A stretch of DNA of 64,000 nucleotides from assembly GCF_963921235.1 (NCBI RefSeq), contig NC_086107.1, positions 105,774,001-105,838,000 on the forward strand. The letters are read 5' to 3'. The stretch comes from Mobula hypostoma (taxonomy: Eukaryota). The position numbers were made by a program, and so were the translations under genes. Below the pieces are notes generated by a model that was not told the DNA's origin, made no database searches, and saw nothing but the letters and a program-made list of their open reading frames with translations. How positions within the stretch are numbered: the first letter of the stretch is position 1; the number at the start of each line of letters is the position of its first letter. Below, piece after piece: positions 38,176 through 51,774 of this stretch.

Positions 38176-39409
38176 ACATATTTCACTGTATGTCTCAATG
38201 TACACGTGATAAATAAACCTGAATCTTCAATCTGAATTATTTGGTCAGTATGAATCTGGAAGAAGATGACGCTAGTGAACAACGCGACCGAGGACAACAT
38301 CCTTCAGAAAGTTCATGAAATTACTTCTTTCACTTCTTTTTCTTTCAAATGTGGTTCTGGTCTGGTTGGAACATGTGATCTACGGTTTGGTGGTGCGTTT
38401 CCCAGCCAACTGAGCGATCTGGCGCTTTGTCGTCTCCATGGGGCTCCTGTGAGGTGAGCAGCCCTGAGGCCAAGACGCCTGGAGACAGGGCGCGAACCCA
38501 TGATCGACTGCATTTATCAGATTAAAGTGCTGAGGAAGACTGAAATCATTGAGGTGAGCACAGAAGGCAAGTGGGTGTCTCGCGCTGTCTATCAGCCTCT
38601 TGCTCGCTGCTGATGGAGGAAGATGTCTGCGTATGACGGTCTCTCTTTCCCTCTCCCTTGTTTCTCCTGGAGGAAGGTCCTTGCGTTCAAATGGTTTCTC
38701 ACCCCCTCGATGCTGTTGGACGATGGTCGCAGATTTTCTAGGTCTTGGATAAAGTTTACTCGACACAGTTTGTGGATTGGACTCTGAGTTCACGCTGTGA
38801 TGTGTTTCTGGTTTCTGGTCGCTCCCTTTTTTTGTTGATATGTTGGGCGACTTTGAGTCAGGGCAGCCTGCAGGTAACAAACACCGAGCAGAACTGAATA
38901 TGCCTGGACTCTTACAATTTTGTGTTTTTCACTCTGTGTTTTTTGCTCTTTTTTTGTTGGTGTTTGCGCAATTTGTTTTTTTTTTGTGTTGTTGCGGGGT
39001 GCAGGTTAGTGTTTTTCTCAGAACATGTTCCATGGTTTTCTTTGTTTCATGGCTGCCCGTGGGGAAGACAAATCTCAGGTTTATTATCATAGTTTGATAA
39101 TAAATATTCCTTGAATCTTTGAATAAAGTTTTTCTCTCTGCATTAGTATAGGTGATAATAATTCCCTTCTCTCCACCATTTTATACTTGGCCTGAAACAT
39201 TACCTGTCCAATTCCTTCCACAGATGCAGCATGATTCATTGAGTTCTTCCAGCTGTTAGGGTGTCGCTCAGTTTCCAGTGTCTCCTCACCCCTTTGTGTG
39301 ACCCTCCATTCTAGACATTCCAGCTAGAGAAAATAGTGACTTAGCATCTCCCCAGTCAAACCTTCTCAGAGTCCTCCACATCTTGATGAGCTCAGCTCTC
39401 ATTAAAACA

Positions 39410-40571
39410 TACACTCAGTGTTTAGTTTATTAAGTACAACTGCTCGTTAATGCAAACATCTAATCAGCCAATCACGCGGCAGCAACTCAATGCATAAAAG
39501 CACACAGACATGGTCAAGTGCGCACGCAGCCCTCCGATGAAAAATTATATCGTATCTGTTAAATAGGGGCCGTGGACAACTCTGATTTGATGGAGAGGGA
39601 CGTGAAAGCACAGAGGAACATCTGAAGAAATTTCTGAAACGCTCGTTCGCTGCTGTCATTACTGCGTGGTTGGGAATCTTTCGGAGGATAGGCCTCAAAA
39701 TCCCCGGCTTTGCCTGCTGGTGGCGACCGAGGCTGAGGTCGAATCGTTCGGACAGAGATGGCACTCAGTACTCGGTGTCGGAGAGCTGATCAGAGCTCGA
39801 AGTTTTCGGATGACTCAGAGTCGGACTGTGGTTGGCATGGCAGGGTGAGTTCTTCCTTCTCCCGTCTGCGTGAGATGTGGGACATTTGAGAGACTTTGAA
39901 CTTTTACTGTGCTCATGGACTTCTTCATCAAGTTATGGTATTGTTGCGCTGTTATAACTATATGTTATAATTATGTGGTTTTGTCAGTTCTTTTCAGTCT
40001 TGGTCTGTGATATCACACCGGAGGAAATATTGTATCATATCTTAATGCATGCATTACTAAATGACAATAAAAGAGGACTACGTGTCTTCATAATCTAAAA
40101 AGAGGTTCAGTTATTGTTTAGACCAAACATCAGAATGGAGAAGAAATATGATCTAAGTGACTTTGACCGTGGAATGGTTGTCGGTGCCAGACGGGGTGGT
40201 TTGAGGATCTCAGAAACTGATCTCCTGGGATTTTCAAGCACAATAGTCTTCACAATAGTCTTCAGTAATGTACTTCACAAAGAATGGTGCAAAAAACAAA
40301 AAAAGATAACCAGATATCCAGTGAGCAGCAGTACATTATGAAAGTGCCTTGTTATTGAGAGAGGACAGAGGAGAATGGCCAGACTGGTTCAAGCTGACAG
40401 GAAAGCGACAGTAAACTCATTACAACAGTGGTGCGCGGAAGAGCATCTCTGAACGCACAACATGTTGAGCCTTGAAGTGGATGGGCTACAGCAGCAGAAG
40501 ACCACGAACGCACGCTCAGTGGCCACTTTATTGGGTACAGAAGTATTTAATATAGCGGCCACTGACTGTAT
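39410..40571 (+). mobile_element. Internally deleted Tc1/mariner DNA transposon, interrupted at ~39520-40099
   Basis: TA-CACTCAGTG left end and CACTGACTG-TA right end; 'KYDLSDFDRGMVVGARRGGLRISET' transposase N-terminal HTH. Confidence 0.8.
39520..40099 (+). mobile_element. Non-autonomous retroelement with Rex1-like 3' tail (family shared with 47860-48800 and 55908-56341)
   Basis: Shared 3' end 'gatatcac.ccggag...aatgcatg...aaatgacaataaaagaggact...cataatcta'. Confidence 0.65.
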
Positions 40572-41249
40572 ATTCCAAATCCCAAAATTATTCTTTCAAA
40601 TAATAACCATATTTGGTGAGGATATGGAATGCTGTCTCATGACACAAATTCTCCATCTCCTCAAATCATGTTCCATGTATATCAACCTCCTCTTTATCTG
40701 GGTGTCTGCTATATGTTGTTTATTGACTTCCATCCCACAATCCTTGGAAACTGTGGTCACAAATAAGGCCCTCCTTTGATGGTGAATCTCTTTCCCATCT
40801 CTTGTTTGTTATCCTGGAGGAAATGGTGTGTCTGAAGGGTGAAATGATGAAACCATTAAATCACATTATTTCTCTTAATTTGTATCGGAAAATATTTTGT
40901 TAGTTCCATGACCTCAGTTGCAAAAGTGTTCCTCCCAGAAACCCAGAACTGCCTTTAAAATATAAATCCCTCCTAATATAAATCTTTGTTTATGCATAGA
41001 TATTACTCCTTTGTAGAGCAATTACTTTCTTTTTTTGACAACAAAAGCTACTTATATTTTTACAAGAATTCCTTAACACTGTGAAACATTCTTCACTGGA
41101 GTACTGCCTAAGAAAACATAGTGTCTTCAGAACCAGAATCAGTTCTAATATCATCAGCATATGTCTTGAAATTTGTTCAATACATGATAAATATAGAAAA
41201 AACATTCTTTCAAATAATAACCACATTTAGTGAGCATATGTCTTGAATC

Positions 41250-41532
41250 ATTGAAGGTGTGCTTCTAGGCTCCTGTACCTCCTTCCTGAAGATAGCAATG
41301 AGACCAAGGCATGACCTGGGTGATGGGGTTCTTAATAGTGGACGCCGCCTTTTTGAGGCATCGCTCCTTGAAGATGTCCTGGACACCCTGGAGACTAGTG
41401 TCCATGATGGAGCTGGCTAATTTTACAACCTCCTGCAGCTTACTTCGATCCTGTGCAGTGGCCCCCGTGTACCAAGTGGTGATGCAGCCAGTTAGAATGC
41501 TCTCCATGGTACATCTGTAGAAATTTGCGAAT
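41250..41532 (-). mobile_element. Rex1/Babar-like LINE RT C-terminal fragment
   Basis: 'NFYRCTMESILTGCITTWY..DRSKLQEVVKLASSI'. Confidence 0.85.
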
Positions 41533-43057
41533 TTGAGAGAACATCTAAAGAATGATTCGAGGTGGCCTGGCCCAGGCATGAGAGGAGGGAATGAGCCAAC
41601 ATTTGCCGGACTTGGAGGTGATTTGATACGGCATAACTGAGGCAAGGCAAGCGGAGGTGAGCCCTAGGCCTAAGAATGAGGTAAGACCCGAAGTTTGATT
41701 AATTTTAGCGTTGGGATAATTGGAAAAGTTGGGTATGGGGTGAATGGAGGTGGCAGGGCTCAGGCCTGAGAATGTTTTGAAGTGGCAGGGCCTGGATTCA
41801 AGAGCTGAGGCTTGGACAATTTAAGTGGGGGGGGGGCCTGATTGAAAAGGTGAGGGTGTCTGGGCTGTAGGAGAGGGACAAGCCGGTTCAGCTCGCTGCT
41901 CTGCAAGGTTTACTTGTCTCTGCACTGAAATGAGACTGTGGCCTGCAACTAACGGGCTCCTGAATTGGCTGTTGTGATGCCTGGCTTGGTGTTTGTGGAC
42001 TCACTTTTGTAAACTTCAATTCCGAATGCTATTTGCTTACTTTTATTGTTAGCACGACTTTTTTCTGCACATTGGGTGCTTGTTTTTTTAATAGGTTTTG
42101 TCGCTGCGAAGTATGTTAATCATTTACTTACAAACAGTAAAATTCAACCAAACGTTCAAGTTACGGACACTACAAAGCTGAACATTCAACAAACATACTT
42201 AGCTAAAAGCACGCGCAGAGCATACCTTCCCAGTGGTCATGTGCATCACTTGCCTGAAAATAAAGGGAGAGAGAGAGAGAACCTCCCATACGTGCTCTAT
42301 ATACCCAGGATATTTCAAACTGGACATCAGGCAATTAACCAATGGGGAAAGCAACTGCAGTTTCTAAACTAATCAATCACGACAAAGCAGCTTTCGAGAA
42401 TCAGAATAAGGCACGCCGCCTATAAGACACTGTTGGCCGGAGCTGGGTCTGTCAATCTCTGTGAGTCTGTTGGGGTGATCGAAGTCCATTTTCTGCAGGC
42501 CTGCGTCCATGTCCACTGGAGGCTAGGTGGCCTTTCCTGGGTTGAATGGATTATGTCTGTGTGTGGGTGGGAGGGAGGAACGGCTTTTGTTGCTTGTTGT
42601 GTTCTGTGTTGTTCTGCTGAGAATTGTGGTCATGCTATGTTGGCGCTGGAATGTGTGGCAACCCTTGCAGGCAATCCCCAGCACGTCCTTAGGTTGGGTT
42701 GGTTGTGAACGCAAAGGACGCATTTCACGGTACACATGACATTGAACTTGAACCTCGAACCCCACCTCCCCCGCAAACATTTTTAATGTCCATATTGTCA
42801 GAAAGGCAACCAATTCATTTGAGGGACTTTTGCTCGTCAATAGAACATTCCAAACCCAACCCAATAAGCGACAGCTGTCAGTAATAGGAGTTCAAGGGTG
42901 ACCCCGAGTGATGGGATGAAGGTGGATCGACATTGTGACTGGGCAAGGGCTAAGCTGTCAGCCCAGGCAAGAAAGATCTTTTAACAAAGATCTTTTGAAG
43001 AGCACAGCCTCCCCATGCCCAGCAGGGATCTGACATAGGAGATAAGAATGTAAGGGA

Positions 43058-43510
43058 ATGTCAGGATGCTGCCTGGTTTAGAGAGTATGCATTATGATCA
43101 GAGATTAAGGGAGCTAGGGCTTTACTCTTTGGAGAGAAGGACGATGAGAGGAGACATGATAGAGGTATACAAGATAATAAGAGGAATAGATCTATCTATG
43201 AGTGGATAGCCAGCGCCTCTTCCCCAGGGCACTACTGCTCAATACAAGAGGACATGGCTTTAAGGTAAGGGGTGGGAAGTTCAAGGGGGATATTAGAGGA
43301 AGGTTTTTTACTCAGAGAGTGGTTGGTGCGTGGAATGCACTGCCTGAGTCAGTGGTGGAGGCAGATACACTAGTGAAGTTTAAGAGACTACTAGACAGGT
43401 ATATGGAGGAATTTAAGGTGGGGGGTTATATGGGAGGCAGGGTTTGAGGGTCGGCACAACATTGTGGGCCGAAGGGCCTGTAATGTGCTGTAATATTCTA
43501 TGTTCTATGA
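43058..43510 (+). mobile_element. CR1 LINE 3' end
   Basis: 'TRGHGFKVRGGKFKGDIRGRFFTQRVVGAWNALP' and (TTCTATG)n tail. Confidence 0.92.
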
Positions 43511-44029
43511 AAGATTCCTGGAGCGCACGTCAACTGAGGGACAATTACTTTACCAATTTCAAAGTATCATCAGTGGTTAACTTGCAGTTTCTATTGACTT
43601 TCAACACCTGTGTTACGAAGCACAGTTGGTCTTGCCTGGAAGGAATTTGAGCGTACGCAGTTTACCAATTGGTCGTTATCTGCAACTGCCAGTCAATTCT
43701 GTATAAAACTGGCATTTCTCTATTCATACTTCAGAACAGCACGGTTTATTTTTTATTTATATATTTAGCAACATAGTGCGGAATAGGCCCTCCTGACCCA
43801 GCAACCCCCGACAACTCCGATTAACCCTAACCTAACCAAGTGATAATTGACAATGACCGGTTAACCTACCGTGGACTGTGAGAGGAAACTGGAGAACCCG
43901 GGGAATCAGAATCGGAACTAATATCACCGGCGTATGTCGTGAAACCTGTTCACTTTGCTGCCGCAGTACAACACAATACACGATAGTAGGGAAAAAACTG
44001 TGAATAGTGCAAAAATAGAAATGAATAGA

Positions 44030-44610
44030 ATAGGTCCACCAGAAAAAATGGGATCTTCCAGTGGCCATCTATTTTAATTCCACTTCCCGTTCCCGTTCTG
44101 ATATGTCCATCCATGGCCTCCTCTATTGTTGTGATCAGGTCGCACTCATTGGAGGAACTGCATCTTATGTTCCGTCTGAATAGCCTCCAACCTGTTGGCA
44201 TGTACATCGATTTCTCGAATTTCCAGTAATGGCCCAACCCCTCTCCTTCACCATTCCGCATCCCCTTTTCCCTCTCTCACCTGCCCATCCCCTCCCTCTG
44301 GTGCGCCTCCCCCCTCTTCTTTCTTCCATGGCCTTCTGTTCCCTCCTATCAGACTGCCCCTTCTCTAGTCCTGTATCTCTTTCTCCAATCGACTTCCCAG
44401 ATCTTTACTTCACCCCTCAGCCTCCCAGTTTCACGTATCACCTTATATTTCTCCCTCCCCGCCGCCCTCCCCCACCTTTTAAATCTACTCTTCTTTTCCT
44501 CTTCCAGTCCTGCTGAAGGGTCTCGGCCCGAAACACTGACAGTACTTGTTTTCCATAGATGCTGCCTGGCCTGCTGAGTTCCTCCGGCATTTTTGATGTG
44601 TGTGTGTGTG
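44030..44610 (+). mobile_element. Degenerate PLE 3' part with decayed hammerhead (44506-44542, core CTGCTGA)
   Basis: Homologous to 37600-38175. Confidence 0.8.
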
Positions 44611-46859
44611 TGTTGCAGTGCCAAAGTTTACCGAAATCATGGCAAGATATTGCAGGCGCTGGAAATTGGAAATAAAAGTAGAAATTGCTGGAAAATCATA
44701 GCTGGTCAGGCGTGTGGGGAGAGAAAATGAGGTAATACTGCAGTTCAATGAGCTTCCCTCAGGACTGGAAGCTGTTTGAGGTGTAACAGGTTGTGAGGCA
44801 TTGTAAATCGCGCGGGGTCACTCACGTCCCTGTGTTAACAGACTCACCCCACGGGCTTTGATCTTCTGTATATTAGTGCACAACCATGTATTAATTAATA
44901 GGTTAGTAGAGGTTGTGTATTGATGCCTATGATTCATTAAAACACAATTTCCATTTGGGTAGTCTCCAACCTGATGGTACGAGCATTGATTTCTCAATCT
45001 CCTTTGTACCCGTGGACGTCGCATGCTCCTTCTCCAAGGATATAACCCCGAAGAGGGGCAGGCAATCCGCTCGGGCAGAACCCTTGACTGCCCACGTCTG
45101 GACCTGTGATAGGCCACCTTGGAGAAAACCAACCAGGAGATTCCCCTGATCAACCCACCGCCCACCTCCCTCCCGTCCACATTGGGTGAGCAAAGATCAG
45201 GAGCATAAGGCTGAAGTGCATGCTCCCTGGGATGATTCATCGGAGTCATGGGATATTGTACATAATTCATTCTGACTCAGCTTCCTTATGGAACCTGTCA
45301 GGGGCAATGGGGGTAGACATTCAGCATGAGACATGGACTGTAGTTTCCGATACTGCCTGTCTCCTGACTCCCATCTGGCGAAGGACTATTTCCTGATTGC
45401 TGGACTATTTCCTGATTGCTTAACTATTTCATTCCACCTTCCTGGAATGAGACTTTTTTTTGCGTGAGGATGGGGGTTTGATATTCTTGTTGCTGTCTGT
45501 GCGATTTCCTTTTTGCACATGGCAGGGGAAATAATCTCCTTGTTGCCATTTGCGCAATTTGGTTTTGTTTTTGCACATTGGTGGGGTTTGATGTTTTCAA
45601 CGTCTTCAATGGTTTTCATTGTTTCGTGGCTATCTGGGGAAGACAAATCTCAGAGTTGTGTACTGCATACATACTTTGATAGTAAATGTACCTTGAACCT
45701 TGATCCACAGAATTAGAACCAGACTGAGTCCACACTGAACATCAACCATCTGTTTGCAATCACCCAACATTAACCCTATTGATATCCGTGTTCCCATCAA
45801 CTTTCCCCGGATTCTACCAGTCACCTACACACAGAGGGCAACTTACAGCAGCCGATTCACCTACCAACTTGCACGTCTTTGGGACGTGGGGAGGAAACTG
45901 GAACACTCAGAGGAAACCCACCCCGTCACAGGGAGGAGGTGTAAACTCCATACAGTCAGCACCGAAGGTCAGGCTGTGGTGTCGAAGGCAGGAGAATGGG
46001 GCTGGGAGGGAAAACAAGTCAGCCATGATGCAATAGTGGAGAAGACCTGATGTGCCAAGCTGCTTCTATGTCTTATGGTCCGGATTGAACCAGGGTTGCT
46101 GAGGCAGTGGTTCGAGCAGTTCAGCAGCTCTGGAAAGAGGAAGGTGGTATGATCAGGGAACAAGCTTGAAGATGGTAACCATGGAGATGGTAACCATGCT
46201 GTCTGCTGCAGGGAACGTCTTCACCGGGATCATCCTCCTCCCAATATCAGAAGAGTTGCTCCTGAACCGTAGCATGGATTCTGCACTTTCTGAGGCATCA
46301 CGGACGCCACCTTCACCACTCGATAACCAGGAAAAGCTCTGGGACCAACACCAGCCACCATACCAGACATCTTCAAACACTAAAGCAGAGGCTGATAGCT
46401 TCTTGATTAGTCAGGGCGTCAAAAGTTACAGGGAGAGAGAAGACAGGAGAATGGGGTTGGGAGGGATGATAAACCAGTCATGATGGAATGGGTGAGCAGA
46501 CTCGATGGGCTGAATGGCCTAATTCTGCTTCTATATATTATGGTCTTACTAAATTGGGGGTCAATGTCACACCCTCCTCAAATTCAATGGCCCACAGAAA
46601 TGTCTTCATCTTACACTTGCATCACGATGACATGCAAAGCCTGATGTCGAGGTGATTGTCATAGGTACAAGTACACGTCTAGGTAGATGCACTGGAGAAC
46701 TTACCTACAGCAGTATCGCAGGCACACAGTAGCAGAGGTACAACATTGTTCAGAAAAACACAAACTAAATATTAATTCTGCAAAATTATACAAGAAAGAG
46801 CACAATTAGAACATCAAATAATGTTCCAATATAGAGCAAAGTGGTCATAGTATCGCTAT

Positions 46860-47210
46860 ACTGAGGCAGTGATGAGGGGTCGTGCTGGGTGGTTCAAGAA
46901 CTGAATGGCTGAAGGGAAGTAGCTGGTCTTGAACCTATTGGTGTGAGACTTCAGGCTCTGTACCCGATGGTAGCTGTGAGAAGGTGGCATGGCCTGAGTG
47001 GCCCGGATGCTCAGTGATAGATTCTTCCTTCTTGAGGATGTGGATATGGATACCTCATGTGGATACTTCTAACGGTGGGGAGGATGTGACCACGAGGTAC
47101 TTGTCTGAGTCCTCTACTCTCTGCAGCTTCTTCCCTTCCTGCATATCACAATTACTGTCCAACATTGTGATACAATCAGCCAGGATGCTTCCAACTGTAC
47201 TTGTGTAGAG
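46860..47210 (-). mobile_element. Degenerate Rex1/Babar-like fragment
   Basis: 'YTSTVGSILADCITML..KKLQRV' resembles 41250-41532. Confidence 0.6.
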
Positions 47211-47995
47211 GCCTGCGAGGGGTGGCATGGTAGCACGGCAGTTCACATAACGCTTTGCAGCGCCGGCGATCTTCGAGGAGTTTGTGCGTTCTCCCTGTGA
47301 CTGTGCATTTCCTCCATGTGCCCCAGATTCCCCCCCATGTGCATTGCAAAGAGATGTGGGCTAGTAAGTAGCGGGCATGGATGTTGGCACTTCACTTCTG
47401 CAGGTTGCCCCAGCACATCGTCAGACGGTGTTGGTAGTTGGCGCAAATGACACATTTCACCATCTGTTTCAGTGTTTTTGTGACGAATACCTGTAAAGCT
47501 AATCATAATCTTAAAGAGGGTTTGGTGATTAGACCTCCTTAATCTTTTGAGACTGTGAGACAGTCTCAGAGAAGACTGGACCTAAGCACGTCACAATACG
47601 TGTGCAAATAGTGGAACCCAAGTGCAGAGGAAAGATGGACTCGGGTGTAGAGACGGTGATCAAAGTTTATTCATAAGAATTCCAACAGAAGGTTGGTGAT
47701 TTGGCCCAGCAACACTAAAAGGTGCAATATTCTCAAAACTAGGACCCCGTGATTAGCTCCAATAGGGCATCCACTCACATAGGTCAAGAAACACAGAACC
47801 CCCGAGCCTATCAAAATAAACTTAACAAGTTTAAGCAGAATGCATTAGGAGATCGCATTAGATTTTAGATTATGAGAACCCTCAGTCCTCTTTTTATTGT
47901 CAGTTAGAAATGCATACATGCATTAAGAAATGATACTTTGTTTCTCCGGAGTGATATCACAGAAAACAGGACAAACTAAAGACTAACACTGACAG

Positions 47996-48265
47996 CAACA
48001 CACACCAAAGTTGCTGGTGAACGCAGCAGGCCAGGCAGCATCTGTAGGAAGAGGTGCAGTCGACGATTCAGGCCGAGACCCTTCGTCAGGACTAACTGAA
48101 GGAAGAGTGAGTAAGAGTCAGTTAGTCCTGACGAAGGGTCTCGGCCTGAAACGTCGACTGCACCTCTTCCTACAGATGCTGCCTGGCCTGCTGCGTTCAC
48201 CAGCAACTTTGATGTGTGTTGCTTGAATTTCCAGCATCTGCAGAATTCCTGTTGTTTGCGTTTAA
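47996..48265. mobile_element. ORF-less PLE fold-back element with two inverted hammerheads and 14-bp TSD
   Basis: ACTAACACTGACAG at 47982-47995 and 48266-48279; ~100-bp inverted arms; ~43-nt tail on the right arm. Confidence 0.92.
48123..48160 (+). ncRNA. Minimal type-I hammerhead ribozyme (inverted partner 48057-48094 has GAAA>GAAT)
   Basis: Identical to 38078-38115. Confidence 0.85.
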
Positions 48266-49538
48266 ACTAACACTGACAGAACCACATAATTATAACATAT
48301 AGTTACAGCAGTGCAAAGCAATACCATAATTTGATGAAGAACAGACCATGGGCACAGTAAAATAAAGTCTCAAAGTCCCGAGTCGATCGACTCCTGAGTC
48401 ACTGATAGCAGGCGGCAAAAGGGAAAAACTCCCTGCCATAAACCTCCGGGCACCGACAACTTGCCAATGCCTTGGAAGCAGCTGACCACAGCCGACGCTG
48501 AGTCCATCCGTCCGAAAACTTCGAGCTTCTGACCAGCCTCTCCGATACAGCCTCCCAAGCGCCATCCTCTGCCGAGCGCCTTCGACCTCGCCCCGGCCGC
48601 TGAAACACGCAAAGCCGAGGATTTCGGGGCCTTCAGCTCCAGAGATTCCGGTTACCACACAGTAGCAGCGGCAGCGAAGCGGGCATTTCAGAAGTTTCTC
48701 CAGATGTTCCTCCGTACTCTCACGTCCGTCTCCATCAAATCAGAATTGTGCACGGCACCCTACTTGACAGATAACAGACATCACCACCGAAATAGCCGCT
48801 TGAAAGAGAAACTCGCTTGTAAAAAAAAACACAGGGAACTCAAAACAATTAATGACTTTCATTAAACAATAGTTAACCAATTCAGGTGCTCTAAAATCTT
48901 TGGAGCCCAATGGTTTCCTGCTCCCCGCAAAAACCCAAAGAGTTCATTACAAAGCAGGGCTGTGCCAATGCCCACAAACACTTTTCTCCATCGTTCTTGC
49001 TACAATGCTGCATCTCATTTTCAGCAAACCATCTGTGGAAGGGAAGTTAATCTTTAGAACGAACAGTTGTGCAACATGCAGTGACTCTGCTCCAGAACCA
49101 CAGGTACCCTCGCTTGTTGAGCTGTGGAACAAACGTGATTCTCACAGCCTCACACATTTGGAGGTTAAGCCCAAAGTTATTCTCAAATCATTCACTGACG
49201 CTTGCAAGACAATCTCTCATAATCAGCTGGTCCTCTACCAGCCTAAATATTTTTTAAAAGATTAGCTTTATTTATCACATGTACATCAAAACATGCAGTG
49301 GAATACGATGTTCATGCCAACAAACAGTACAATTGCCATGCTCTCTGTGCCAACAACTTACTAACCATAACCCGTAAGTCTTTGGAAAGGTGAAGCATCT
49401 GTGGGAAAGCAATGTGGTCGCAGGGAAAATGGACAGACTGTTTACAATCAGAGATGGGAGTTGAACCCAGGTCAGTTATTGCTGGTGCTTTAGTAGCCTG
49501 ACCCCATCCGCTACACAACTGTGCCTTCCTTGGAAAAA

Positions 49539-49586
49539 TAGCACAGGATGGTTTTGATCCATCGGCCTCTGGGTTATGGACGTGCT
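49539..49586 (-). pseudogene. Initiator tRNA-Met pseudogene lacking the D-arm
   Basis: AGCAC-gt-CCATAACCCAGAGGCCGATGGATCAAAACCATCCTGTGCTA followed by TTTTT; matches the 3' part of vertebrate tRNA-iMet. Confidence 0.8.
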
Positions 49587-49974
49587 ATTGGGTGTTACCT
49601 GTTGCCTGCTGCTGCCACACCACTCTACTCCTCAGGAAAATTGGGTGAGACCCAGGAAAATGTGGAGCAGATCCTGTGTCTTTGAAACCATTCTCAGGGA
49701 AGCCAGACGACAGTGATGAAGTTCAACATATACTGAAGTGTGTCAACGCAGGCTTAGTCAATGGAGGAAATGGTGTTTGAAGAGCATGGCTAAGATCATG
49801 GTCTACCAGGCAACTGGAATTTCTGGGACATGTACTGAAGCTCAAACATCTTGCAGTGACGGGAAAAACTGATGGAAGGAAAGGAGCGGTTGACAGCGGG
49901 TTGGACAGGCAATCATCTTGAAAAGCTTATTAGAACTTTTTAGATTAAAGAAAGATAGAAGACCATGATTGACA

Positions 49975-50712
49975 ATAGACAATAGACAATATGTGCAGGA
50001 GTAGGCCATTCAGCCCTTCACTGTGATCATGGCTGACCATCCACAATCAGTACCCTGTTCCTGCCTTCTCCCCATATCCCTTCACTCCGCTATCTTTAAG
50101 AGCTCTATCTAACTCTTTCTTGAAAGAATCCAGAGAATTGGCCTCCACTGCCTTCTGAGACAGAGCATTCCACAGAACTACAACCCTCCGTGTGAAAAAG
50201 TTTTTCCTCAACTCCGTTCTAAATGGTCTACCCCTTATTCTTAAACTGTGGCCTCTGGTTCTGGACTCCCCCAACATCGGGAACATGTTTCCTGCCTCTA
50301 GCGTGTCTAATCCCTTAATAATCTTATATGTTTCAATCAGATCCCCTCTCATCCTTCTAAATTCCAGTGTATAAAACCCAGTTGCTCCAATCTTTCAACA
50401 TCTGACAGTCCCACCATCCTGGGAATTAACCTTGTCAACCTACACTGCACTCCCTCAATAGCTAGAATGTCCTTCCTCAAATTTGGAGACCAAAACTGGA
50501 CACAATATTCCAGGTGTGGTCTCACCAGGGCCCTGTACAACTGCAGAAGGACCTCTTTGCTCCAATACTCAATTCCCCTTGTTATGAAGGCCAGCATGCC
50601 ATTAGCTTTCTTCACTTCCTGCTGTACCTGCATGCTTACTTTCAGTGACTGATGAACAGGGACACCCAGATCTCGTTGTGCTTCCCCTTTTCCTAACTTG
50701 ACGCCATTCAGA
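49975..50712 (-). mobile_element. CR1 LINE 3' fragment
   Basis: 'LYRALVRPHLEYCVQFWSP', 'MRGDLIETYKIIKG', (TCTATTG)n tail. Confidence 0.95.
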
Positions 50713-51069
50713 TGATTGCCCATGTTGGCCAGGCAGCAATGATTCCCGTCCTCTTTAATGTTCTTGAGACCTGGTCTATAGAAAGTAGACACAACCAAGG
50801 CACTGGAGAGATAGCACCAATACTGATTCATCCAACTTCACTGAAAGTTCAAGCAAAGTAATGCCAGTATTCTCACCCCAAGTCATCCTACCCCATGCTG
50901 AGGCCCCAGTTACACTCAGTCGGCTCTGTTGGGAAGGTCACAATGTTTCCATTCCTGACATCGAACTCTTCAACAAGACCCTATATTCTGAAGTCTTTCA
51001 TAGGTACCATTAGAGAAGATAAGGGTCAAAATCCTGGTCAAAACCTCCTTGAAGAAATGGAACAACTCC

Positions 51070-51500
51070 ACTGACTACAGGAAAGATGTCATTAAGTTTG
51101 AAAGAGTACAGAGAAAATTTACAAGGATGTTGCCGGGACTTGAGGACCTGAGTTATGAGGAAAGATTGAATAGGTTAGAACATTATTCCCTGGAACAAAG
51201 GAGAATAAAGGGAGAATTGATAAAGGTATAGATAGGGTAAATGCAAGCAGGCTTTTTCCACCAAGTTTGGGTGAGACTAGAACTAGAGGTCGTAGCTTAA
51301 AGGTGAAAGGTGAAATATTGAAGGGGAACTTCTTCACTAGAAGGGTGTTGCAAGTGTGGAACGAGTGTGGGTTTAGTTGTAACATTTAAGAGATGTTTGG
51401 ATAAGTACAGGCATGGAAGAGTATGGAAGGCTATGTCTAAGTGTGGGTCAATTGGACCAGGCAGAATAATAGTTAGGCCTGATTCTGCGTTGTAATGCAC
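51070..51500 (+). mobile_element. CR1 LINE 3' fragment
   Basis: 'KDVIKFERVQRKFTRMLPGLEDLSYEERL'. Confidence 0.9.
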
Positions 51501-51774
51501 TAGACTCGATGAATTCTGGGAAGATCTGGTCCAGGAACACTGCACAAAATGGGAAAGAACATTTGGGAAGACATCTAGAACCTCGATGCCACACCTTGGG
51601 AGCATGTGAAAGGAGAGCGTCACCTCACAAACTCACAATTCTGGAAAAGGGTCTTTAAACTGAAGCATTAGCTCTGTTTCTCTTCCCACAGATACTGCCT
51701 GACCTGCTGAGTATTTCTGGTGTTTTCAGCTTTTATTTCAGGTTTTCTGCATCTGCCTTATTTTTGAGCTTCAC

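Larger units (their letters stand above)
47860..48800 (-). mobile_element. Non-autonomous retroelement (Rex1-like tail) hosting the fold-back insertion
   Basis: Closely similar to 55908-56341, which lacks the insertion. Confidence 0.75.

Noticed and set aside
40600..40815. Minus-strand exon after a strong acceptor
   Set aside because: All three frames hit early stops and no homolog was recognised.
45384..45430. 19-bp tandem duplication (and a 9-bp triplet at ~57283)
   Set aside because: Ordinary local slippage.
47590..47850. Solo LTR fragment
   Set aside because: Only vague motif similarity; no TG..CA ends or TSD found.
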